DNA from: Heptranchias perlo
Taxonomy: Eukaryota
DNA length: 64,000 bases
Assembly (NCBI RefSeq): GCF_035084215.1
Contig: NC_090370.1
Location: forward strand, 21,018,001 to 21,082,000
Direction: 5' to 3'
In this document: one piece after another, positions 53,925-64,000 of the stretch
How the letters are laid out: each line of letters begins with the position of its first letter
Position numbering within the stretch: position 1 is the first letter of the stretch
Translations under genes and position numbers: made by a program
The notes under the pieces: model-generated
Databases searched by the model: none
What the model was told of the DNA's origin: nothing
Seen by the model: the letters and a program-made list of their open reading frames with translations, nothing else

Positions 53925-56900
53925 GTCTCAGGTACTGTATATGAGAGTGGGGTTTATTGTGTATCTGTCTGTCTCTGGTACTGTGCGTGAGTTTGGGATT
54001 CTTTCTGTATCTGTCAGTCTCTGGTGCTGAGTGTGAGCATGGGGTATATTCTGCATCTGTCACTCTCAGGTACTATATATAAGTGATGGATTCGTTCTGT
54101 ATCTGTCAGTCTCAAGTGCTTTATGTGAGTTTGGGAATAATTCTGTATCTGTCAGTCTCTGGTACTGTCTGTGTGTGGGGGGGATACATTCTGTATCTGC
54201 CATTCTCTGCTACTTTATCTCAGTGAGGGATTCATTCTGTAATTCAGTCTCTGAGACAATGTGCAAGTCTGGATTCATTTTGGGTTCTTATTTCAGTTTA
54301 CAGTATCGTATTTGAAACTGTATCTTTACCACTTCAAAGTAGATACAGTTCTTCGTCGAGTATTTGATTTGTTAATATAGATACACTTTTCGATTTTCTT
54401 TAATCAAGCACCATGTGTGAGTTTTGGCTCAGTGTTACATCTTAATCTCTGAACTCTATTGTGAATGATAATGTACCTTTCAATCTGTTCACGTTGAAAT
54501 TACTTGACTGGTATATAATGTGTCGTTCAAACTGCAATAATGGGATTAATTCTGCATCTGAGTCTAACACTGTATGAGATATTTGGACTGGTGAGTAACA
54601 TATAGCTCAGTCTGTGCTAATGGAATCGATATTGTATCTTTGAGTCTGATATTGTATGAGATTGTTGGACTGCTCTATAATGTGTGGCTCAGTCTGCACG
54701 AATAGAATCGATACGTTATCTTTCAGTCTAAAAGTGTATGAGATTGTTGGACTGTTACATAATGTTAAGCTAATAGAATTTAAACGATATCTTCCAGTCT
54801 GATCATCTATTTGATTTTTGGACTCGTATGCAATGTGTAGCTCAGTCTGTACCAATGGTATTGATAATGTTTATTTCAGTATAACACGAGTATTTACCAA
54901 TATATCGAATATGTAGCTCAGTCTGCACCAATGGAATTGATACTGTATCTTTCAATCTGACCCTATGAGATTTTTGGACTGGTATGTAATGTGTAGCTCA
55001 GTCCGCAGTAATGCGAGTGTGAGATTCATTCTGTATCTGTCAGACTCTGGTACTTTGCGTGAGTGTGAGATTCATTCTACAACTGTCAGACTCTGGAACT
55101 GTGTGTGAGTGTGGGATTCATTCTGTATCTGTCAGTCTCTGATGCTGTGTGTGAGTGTGGGATTCATTCTGTATCTGTCTGTCTCTGGTGCTGTGTGTGA
55201 GTGTGAGATTCATTCTACAACTGTCAGACTCTGGTACTGTGCATGAGTGAGATTCATTCTGTTCCTGGTACTGTATGTGAGTGTAGGATTCATTCTATAT
55301 CTGTCAGTCTCTGGTACTGGCTGTGAGCATGGGGTATATTCTGCATCTCTCAGTCTCAGGGGTACTATATATCAGTGATGGATTCATTCTGTATCTGTCA
55401 GTCTCTGATACTGTGTGTGAGTGTGGGATTCATTCTGTGTCTGTCAGTCTCTGGTACTTTATCTCAGTGTGGGATTCATTCTTTAATTCAGTATCTTCCA
55501 GTCTGAACATTTGAGGTTTTTGAACGAGTATGTAATGTCTAGCTCAGTCTGTATCAATGGTATTGATACTGTTTATTTCAGTATAATACTCTGAGTATTT
55601 ACCAATATATCTAATATGCAGCTCAGTCTGCACTAGTGGATTTGATACTGTATCTTTCAATCTGACACAATGAGATTTTTGCTCTGGTACGTAATTTGTA
55701 ACTCAGCCTGCACTAATGTAGGTGACTATGAGATTCACTTTGTATCTCTCAGTCTCTTGGTACTGCGTGTGAGTGTGGGATTCATGCTGCATCTGTCACT
55801 CCCTGGTACTCAATTTAACTGTGGGATTCATTCAGTATATACATTCTCTAGTACTGTGTGTGGGTGTTGAATTACATCCATATATGCAGTTTCTCATAAT
55901 GTATGTTAGTATGGGATTCATTCAGTATCTGTCATTCTCAGGTACTGTGTGTGAGTGTGGGATTCATTCTGTATCTGTCTGTCTCTGGTGATGTGAGTGA
56001 GTGTGGGATTCATTCTGTATCTGTCAGTCTCTGGTACTGTTTGTGAGTGTGGGATTCATTCTGTATTTGTCTGTCTCTGGTGCTGTGTGTGAGTGTGGGA
56101 TTCATTCTGTATTTGTCTGTCTCTGGTGCTGTGTGTGAGTGTGGGATTCATTCTGTATCTGTCAGTCTCTGGTACAGTGTGTGAGTGTGGGATTCATACT
56201 TTACCTCTCAGTCCCTAGTGCTTTATGAGATTGTGGGATGAACTCAGTACCTGTCAGTCCTTGGTGCTGTATGCCTGTGTGGGATTCATTCTGTATCTAT
56301 CATGTCTGGTACCATATTTGAGTGTGGTACTTGCTCTGTGTCTGTCTGTCTCTCGTACTGTATGTGAGTGTGGGATTCATTCTGTGTCTGTGTGTCTCTG
56401 TACTGTATCTGTGTGAGAGATTCATTCTGTATCTGTACATAGTTATTCTCTCAGATTACATTATCATGTTCAATATTGTAGGATTAGTACCTTAATGCTT
56501 AAATAGTTTTTCTCATTATTTAATTGGTAAATATGGACACACTTTAGAATTTGATGCTGGAGCTTTTAATCTGATAATTTGTGTGCTTTTTGAACTACTA
56601 TTAAACCTGTATCTCTGTGAGTAATATTGTGAATGATAATGTATCTTTCAAAAAGATATGGTGACATTTTGGAATTGGTCTATAATGTGTCGATCTGTCT
56701 GCACGAAAGGAATTGATACTGCATCTCTAAATTTTATTTGAGAATATTTTTGGACTCATGTGTAATGTGTATCTCAGTCTGTGCTAATAGAATTGATACT
56801 GTATCTTTAAATCTCATACTATGAGTATATTATAAACTGGTATCTAATTTGTTTCTCAGGTTACACTGTCACAGCATTTCTCAATCTGATACTGTACATG
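53925..56900. repeat. Composite 46-bp and 82-bp satellite block (inverted)
   Basis: Alternating runs of both unit types. Confidence 0.9.
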
Positions 56901-57002
56901 AGTTTTGACTTGCAATTTGTATCTCTTGATACGCTATTCAAATGGATACTGCATTAATTAAACTCACGTGTTTGTGAGAGTTCTGGGCTGGTATTCAATT
57001 TG

Positions 57003-58140
57003 GTCGGTTGTTATATAAAGTTAAATTTCACGGGATCCAAGGTGAGGTAGCCAATTGGATAAAAAAATTGGCTTGGCGACAGAAGACAGAGGGTGGTTGT
57101 GGAGGGTTGTTTTTCAAACTGGAGGCCTGTGACCAGCGGTGTGCCTCAGGGATCGGTGCTGCGTCCGCTGTTATTTGTTATGTATATTAATGATTTGGAT
57201 GAGAATTTAGGAGGCGTGGTTAGTAAGTTTGCAGATGACACCAAGATTGGTGGCATTGTGGACAGTGAAGAAGGTTATCTAGGATTGCAACGGGATCTTG
57301 ATAAATTGGGCCAGTGGGCCGATGAAAGGCAGGTGGAGTTTAATTTAGATAAATGTGAGGTGATGCATTTTGGTAGATCGAATCGGGCCAGGACCTACTC
57401 CGTTAACGGTAGGGCGTTGGGGAGAGTTATAGAACAAAGAGATCGAGGAGTACAGGTTCATAGCTCCTTGAAAGTTGAGTCACAGGTGGATGGGGTGGTG
57501 AAGAAGGCATTCAGCATGCTTGGTTTCATTGGTCAGAACATTGAATACAGGAGTTGGGATGTCTTGTTGAAGTTGTACAATACATTAGTAAGGCCACACT
57601 TGGAATACTGTGTACAGTTCTGGTCACCCTATTATAGAAAGGATATTATTAAACTAGAAAGAGTGCAGAAAAGATTTACTGGGATGCTACCGGGACTTGA
57701 TGGTTTGACTTATCGGGAGAGGTTGGATAGACTGAGACTTTTTTCCCTGGAGAGTAGGAGTTCTAGGGGTGATCTTATAGAAGTCCATAAAATAATGAGG
57801 GGCATAGATAAGGTAGATAGTCAAAATCTTTTCCCAAAGGTAGGGGAGTCTATAACGAGGGGACATAGATTTAAGGTGAGAGGGGAGAGATACAAAAGGG
57901 TCCAGAGGGGCAATTTTTTCACTCAAAGGGTGGTGATTGTCTGGAACGAGCTGCCAGAGGCAGTAGTAGAGGCGGGTACAATTTTGTCTCTTAAAAAGCA
58001 TTTGGACAGTTACATGGGTAAGATGGGTATAGAGGGATATGGGCCAAGTGCAGGCAATTGGGTCCAGCTTAGTGGTATAAACTGGGCGACATGGACATGT
58101 TGGGCCGAAGGGCCTGTTTCCATGTTGTAACTTCTATGAT
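57003..58140 (+). mobile_element. 5'-truncated CR1 with an uninterrupted RT C-terminal ORF (57093-58130)
   Basis: SGVPQGSVL.P, KFADDTKIGG, RPHLEYCVQFWSP and a CR1 tail; absent from the paralogous cassettes. Confidence 0.92.
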
Positions 58141-58426
58141 AATCTCGGGGTATCTGGTATTTAATCCATGGCTAATGTTGCCCTTTTGTGAAATTGACAT
58201 CCTGAAAGCGTGACTTTGTACTGGGATTTTTGTATCTTCCTGTCAGCAGGACTGAGTTCGGGGGAAATGGAAACAGCGTCTGCCTCACCTGCTCTGTTTG
58301 ACTGTTGGATTGAAAATGTGTCTCTGGAACTTGGGATCAGTGTGGGACTGACCGCTTCTGCTGTCTGAGACTGTGGACCTGATTACTGTCTGTGTCTCTG
58401 TGCTCTGTGAGTGACAATATACCTAC

Positions 58427-58512
58427 TGTGTGTGAGAAGGAGCTGGCTGCACTGTTCCTTTGCCTCGGGTGGAGGAAACTTCACATTCATTCTGGATCCT
58501 TCAAATATTTGC
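58427..58512 (-). other. Candidate internal exon, copy 3 (86 nt)
   Basis: Minus strand TTTCTTTCTACAG| ... ACA|GTAGGT. Confidence 0.55.
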
Positions 58513-59059
58513 CTGTAGAAAGAAACGTATCTCTTGTAACTCAAGAACAAGTGAGGTAGAAAATGCAAAAGTGATCAGTTTAATATCTCTGTTAATAATT
58601 ATTTTTAATGTTCACAAATGATTTCCAGTGATACAAAGAGTGTCAGTGTCTAACTCCACTGCAGTACTGCAGCTCTCAGCTTCTGTACACCAGGTGTGTT
58701 GGGCGGTTTTAAAATAATTTAGTAACATCCAGACACAACCCAACCCCTGCACTGATGCATGAATGGGATTACCCGATGGGGCAGGGACCTTTGTGCAGGT
58801 CAGGTTTCTAATCCCCTCTCCCATGGGACTAACCGTTCAACTGAAAGCAAACAGCCGCTGTTCAAAATGTGTCCTTCACACTTCTCACCTGTTGCCTGCA
58901 ATTGATGCTCTTTGTTTCACTCCCCACATCTGTTTCCACTCTTCACTGTCCAATAACAATAAACACAGTGGGACTGGAACTAAACCAGCACCATTCACTC
59001 CTGGTTTGGGGAGAGAAAGCAGCAATGGTTTTAATAGCAGGTTCTTCCCATTCTCTCTC

Positions 59060-59460
59060 CCTCACTCTGGACACACCCTGGACACACACAGCCCGAGAAT
59101 GACCTCTCCCTTCCCCCTCTCACTCCATGTTCCGGGACCAGTTCCTGATCCACTCCGCCTCTTACAAACAGCCCCCGGACTCCCCCTGACCTTCCCCCGG
59201 ACTCAATGCCGATCTCTGAGCCCATCTGCGGACACGGTCCCGAAGCGATGAGCTGCTGTAACGAGGCTGCTCTTTGCTCCCTTCCCCCGGGGGCCGTGAT
59301 CTCTCCATTCCCGGCTGTTTTGAACCATCTTCTTCCGCTCACTGAGGGAATGGCGCCCACAGGCCGAGCTGGGGGAGGGGAGCGCGCATGCGCTCTTCTG
59401 CTCACCACCAAGCAGCGCTGGGGGCGGGGCTGAGTCACGCATGCGCAGATATCTGGTTTA
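59060..59460 (-). promoter_or_regulatory. CpG-rich promoter/first-exon-like element, copy 3
   Basis: Reverse complement of 25140-25530 with the NRF1, GC-box, ETS and YY1-like motifs retained. Confidence 0.65.
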
Positions 59461-60793
59461 ATTCCCAATACCAAAATCGATGGAAACTTTCCCCAATTGG
59501 AATTTTTCAGAGTCTGAGCAAAGGAAGTGGGGGAAAGGTCAGAGGGAATGGGGTCCACAGGCAGTGCAGGAACAGGCACCAGAATGGGAAACAGATGGGA
59601 TTCCACCGGTGCCTAACGCTGGAATCCAGACTGACTTTACAATCTCCAACTATTAAACTGGATGTTTCCATCCCTGCTGTTCCTCTCGGTATCTTTTGAT
59701 GGTAAAGGGGCTTTCACAGATAAAGTGGGACGTTTTGAAATGAGCCAATGGGTTCTGTTCATTCTTGGCCCCTTTACTAATTAAGTAACGTGTGACTCCG
59801 AAACTGAAGGCAGGATTTCTCAAACCAATCCTGGAGAAACATGGGAGAAAAATGGGAGTCGGTGTATTTGCTGGGACCGTGTGGGATTAACATCAGACTG
59901 CAACAGTCCCAGATTAATGTAATCAGAGTGAAACTCAGGAACACTGAGAGTAATAGCGAACGGAACTGGTCTGCAAAACCGAATATAGTACAACAGGCAA
60001 GAGAGGGTTAAATTCGGCCCACATTGTTTTTGTCACTCTCTGCACTGTCCCTGAGTGTGGGGTTAATAGTGTGTCCGTCTCTGGTATATCAGTGAGAGAT
60101 AAGAATGCATCTTCTGTCTCTCCAACGGGATTTTCTGGATAAAACGCAAGCTCACAGGTCAGTCTGGAACTGATACTGTGGCACTGTGCCTCTCCGCTCG
60201 CTCTGTCACCGTATTTGTCTTCCTTTCTCTCTCACTCTCTGATGCTCGATATGAAGGTTGGATACAGATATTGAGCGTGATATGAACACACTGATAGGAA
60301 GTGTAAGACTGACAGGCTCTGTCTCTCTCTCCAGTGCTGGACATGATCCCCATATGGAACCAACGCGGGTAGGTGGACTCGAAACACGGTTTACTGGTCA
60401 ACAAGGCGAAAGGCGAGTAATATTTCTGATCTCCTGGGCACCAGGCCGTTCACTGTTATTTGTTTCTGTACAGAGTTACATTTCAGTGATTCCCCAGTGA
60501 GTTTGATGCGTTATGTAAATAATCCAACAAAATAGAACAGAAACGGAGTGAAGCGCTGAATCCCACAAATGTGGAAAGGTTAGTCGAGCAGTTCTGGTGA
60601 TGCTTTACGAGACCAGCATGGGGTCCAGAAGTTACCGTTTAAAGTACCGGACTGTGGTCGGTGCCCCGAATCCAGTCCCATTAATACCTCATCTCGTCCA
60701 CACCGAGACAAAAGCAGCTCAAAGCAGCACTGGTAGCATGATATCAGCGTCTCCCTTCAGACAGTAATCAGCCCTTTCACAGATACCGTGGGT

Positions 60794-60809
60794 GGCTCTG
60801 AAAAGAGCC
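60794..60809 (-). terminator. Histone stem-loop displaced from its H2A gene by a CR1 insertion
   Basis: GGCTCTTTTCAGAGCC-ACCCA lies ~1.05 kb downstream of the stop at 61867. Confidence 0.85.
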
Positions 60810-60811
60810 TT

Positions 60812-61835
60812 TACATCGAGTTACATCGAAATTACGTCACAGAAACAGGCCATTCGGCCCAATTGGTCTGATGCCGGCGTTTATGCTGCTCACGCGCCTC
60901 CTCCTTCCTTACTTCATCTAACCCTATCGGCATATCCTTCCATTCCTTTCGCCCTCATGTGCTGATCTATCTTCCCCTTAAATGCATCTATGCTATTGGC
61001 CTCAGCTATCCTAAGAAACCCTATCATTAATGAAAATCAGCCTTGTCTTTTCTAATGAAACGAGACCCAGTCTGCTCAGCCTTTCCTGATAAGAATATCC
61101 TCTCATTTCTGGTATCATCCTTGTGAATCTTTTTTTGCATCTTCTCCAATGCCCCTATGTCTGTAATATGGTGACCAGAAATGTTCGCATTATTCCAAAT
61201 GTGGTCTCACCAAGATCCCATACTAGTTTAACATAACTTCTTAGCTTTTCAATTCTATCCCTCCAGAAATTAATCCAAGTGTTTGATTTGCCTTTTTATC
61301 ACCAGCGTCGCTACTTTCAGTAATTTGTTCATCTGCACCACGAGATCCCTTTGCTCCTCTATCCCGTTTAGACTCTTATTATCCAAACAGTATGTGATCT
61401 CCTTATTCTTCATTCTGCAAGTTTATTAATGTCCTCTTGAATTTTGACACATTCTTCATTTGTATTAAATACACCCCCCAATTTGATGTCATCAGCAAAT
61501 TTTGAAATTGTACATCCGATTCCGGAATCCAAATCATTATTGTAAATTGTGAAAAACAGTGGTCCCAGCACCGATCCCTGTGGAATTCCACTTCCCAACT
61601 TTTGCCAATCTGAGTACCGACCCTGGACCTCTATTCTCGGTTTTCTGTTTTGTCGCCAGCTTCCGATCCATTCCACCACCTGTCCACTGACTCCACGTGC
61701 TCTGAACTCAGCCATGCGTCAACAATGTGGTACATTATCGAAGGCCTTCGGAAAATCCAAATCTATCACATCTACTACATGAACCTTGTCTTTCTGTTCC
61801 TTCCTCAAATGATTTAATAAGTTTGTTCGTGTCCT
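60812..61835 (-). mobile_element. CR1 RT/3' fragment
   Basis: GIPQGSVLGPLFF.IY.NDLD...SKFADDIKLGG; tail GTAATTTCGATGTAACTCGATGTAA. Confidence 0.85.
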
Positions 61836-61866
61836 TGCCCTGTTATTAGATTAAATCTTGGCCGCT

Positions 61867-62252
61867 TCACTTGTTCTTGATGCTCCCAGCGCTTTTCTTC
61901 GGGAGCAGCACGGCCTGGATATTAGGCAGCACCCCGCCCTGAGCGATGGTCACCCCTCCCAGCAGTTTGTTGAGCTCCTCGTCGTTGCGGACGGCTAGTT
62001 GCATGTGTCTGGGGATGATGCGGGTCTTCTTGTTGTCGCGGGCCGCATTACCGACCAGTTCGAGGATTTCAGCCGTCAGATACTTGAGCACAGCAGCCTG
62101 ACAGACCGGAGCTCCGGAACCCACACATTCAGCAGAGTTCCCCTTTCTCAGGACCTGTGAACACGGCCCACAGGTAACTGCAGTCCGGTCCGGGATGAGC
62201 GAGACTTGGCCTTGGCCCGAGTTTTACCACCGGATTTTCCTCTTCCAGACAT
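61867..62252 (-). pseudogene. Histone H2A pseudogene (frameshift near 62153, many missense changes)
   Basis: [33 protein letters not shown], then a frame change to ...[25 protein letters not shown]... Confidence 0.9.
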
Positions 62253-62831
62253 TTCCACAATCTCACAAACACTGTCACAAAGAATGAAGAAATCCTCCAG
62301 AGCTCGCCCTTCTACCTTCTGGAGGATTGCAGTGAGGGCCACTTTTGATGGGTCTCTCTCAAAGTGTTTACACTGCCCCCCCCACCCTCACTGATATTCT
62401 ATCTTTCAACTGCTGTAATATTGTCCTTTAGCAATATTGCTACTCCTCCTCCTTTCCCTGCTTCTCTGTCCTTTCTAAAGATCTTATAGACTTGAATATT
62501 AAGCTGACATTTGTGCCCAGTTGGTAGTCAGGTCTCAGTAATGATTTCATGAATTATTTAACTTTACTCGATGGCTGATATGTGTTGCGGCAAAGTGTAT
62601 TTCCACTGGTCAAGTATTGCAGGGATCGAGGATCTCTTCAGTCCGATATCAGGTGAAGAATTACTGGCTGTTGTGTAATTTCCATTGATTGGGGCTTGGC
62701 GTCATCGACTGGGCGGAAACGGGAACTGCAACAGAGCGAGAAAGGATCCGTCAGAAACCAGTTTAAAGTGAGAACAAAATGTGTGTTCAGGATCTAATGG
62801 GTAAAAACTATTTTATTGATGATTATTTCCA

Positions 62832-62903
62832 GCGATGGTGGTATAGTGGTGAGTATAGCTGCCTTCTAAGCAGTTGACCCGGGTTTGATCCCCGGCCATC
62901 GCA
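62832..62903 (+). pseudogene. tRNA-Gly(TCC) body with anticodon TCT and a mutated B-box
   Basis: GCGATGGTGGTATAGTGGTGAGTATAGCTGC-CT-TCT-AA-GCAGTTGACCCGGGTTTGATCCCCGGCCATCGCA. Confidence 0.85.
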
Positions 62904-62984
62904 ATTCAATGTTTACATTCATCTGCTTTCTTCAGAAACTCTAAGTTTGCAGCCGAATTTGTTGCAGTTCAGCTCTGTCAGCCC

Positions 62985-63315
62985 GAAGATTGGGAAAACT
63001 TTAAAAACCAGCATAGAATGACTAAAAGAATAATAAAGAGAGACACAATAAATTATGAGAGTAAACTAGCAAGAAATATAAAAACTGACAGTAAAAGCTT
63101 CCACAAGTATATAAAAAGGAAGAGGGCAGCTAAAGTAAACATTGGTCAAACAGCGGCCAAAGGCGGAGGAGCAGAGGGAAGGGCTGTGGAGCAGGAGGAG
63201 ATTACAGAGATAGGGAGGGTAAGGACGACGATAAGCCATGATCTTATTGAATACGGGAGCAGCTCGAGGGGCTTCATGGCCTCTTCCTGCTCCTATTACT
63301 TGTGTTCTTATACAA
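62985..63315 (+). mobile_element. CR1 fragments
   Basis: YESKLARNIKTDSKSFHKYIKRKR.AKVNIG and a CR1 tail piece. Confidence 0.75.
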
Positions 63316-63334
63316 GAAAGAAAAATTAAACTGC

Positions 63335-63830
63335 AGGCTCAGGAGACAGGAAGCCATTGCAGGTCAATGAGGACTTGGCTGATTGGTGAGGGACTTAGTG
63401 CGGGATAGGATACGGACAGCAGAGTTTTGGATGAGCTGAAGTTTGTGGAGAGGCCGGAGAGGAGAACAAAGGCCAGAGACGTTTCAAACCCATGGCTGAG
63501 GGTTTTAGTTGCAGATGGGCTCGGCAGGTGGGACGTTACGGATGTAGAAGTAGGCGGTCTTTGGTATGGAGCGGGTATGGGGTCAGAAGCTTCGCAGTTA
63601 TCATCAGTCAGGATCAGCCTCAGACGAAAGCCAGGCATGGTGTTGGAATCAGTGGCAATGATGTGGAAGTTGTGGGACCAAAGACTCTCCAATTGTAACC
63701 AGAGGAAATTGTGGCTCATCTGAAACACGATGTCGGTCTGATAAAACAAAGACCTGGAAGGATCAAGAGAGGCGGTGGTTTTGTCAGCGTACATCTGAAA
63801 GCTGGTCCGTGTCTGCGATGATGTGCCCCA
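63335..63830 (-). mobile_element. Old L2-like LINE 3' fragment
   Basis: SPISQVLIDLQWLPV resembles the L2 ORF2 C-terminal ITP.L..LHWLPV motif. Confidence 0.55.
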
Positions 63831-64000
63831 TTGTCCAGTGTGCATTACTCCTAAGTGCTTCACATTGTTCAGATGTGACCCAGTATCCAGTGTGCATTAT
63901 TAAATGTTACACGATGTGATGCAGTGTCCGGTGTGCATTAAGATTCGATGTTTCACATTGACCATAGTTGGCCCAGTGTTTAATGTGCATTATTACTAAA

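Noticed and set aside
57093-58130. 345-aa RT ORF as a functional or domesticated gene
   Set aside because: It is a 5'-truncated CR1 lacking the endonuclease and N-terminal RT motifs, and is private to one arm.

Overview
Vertebrate genomic DNA, most likely from a cartilaginous fish (shark). This is inferred from the histone sequences and the mix of CR1, Deu-SINE and Penelope repeats; it is not proven. The first ~11 kb is a decaying tRNA cluster: one intact tRNA-Arg(TCG) with an unexpected 17-nt intron, plus Pro, Gly, Ile and Thr pseudogenes. It is interrupted by a near full-length CR1 LINE and a Harbinger relic. From 11 to 22 kb there are LINE fragments, three minisatellites, a CpG island and a broken hAT (Buster/Charlie-type) transposase carrying a nested LINE. 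From 22 to 63 kb is a replication-dependent histone cluster: intact H2B x2, H2A, H3, H4 and H1, three H2A pseudogenes and one H2B fragment. It is built as a large imperfect palindrome around an H3-H4-H1 core. Its arms are copies of a cassette [NRF1/YY1-type CpG promoter - ~90-nt AG/GT-bounded exon - 82-bp and 46-bp satellites - H2B upstream region], which suggests an unannotated spliced transcription unit. A Penelope-like insertion in one copy carries hammerhead ribozyme motifs on both strands. All coordinates were read by eye, and repeat and duplication boundaries are approximate.
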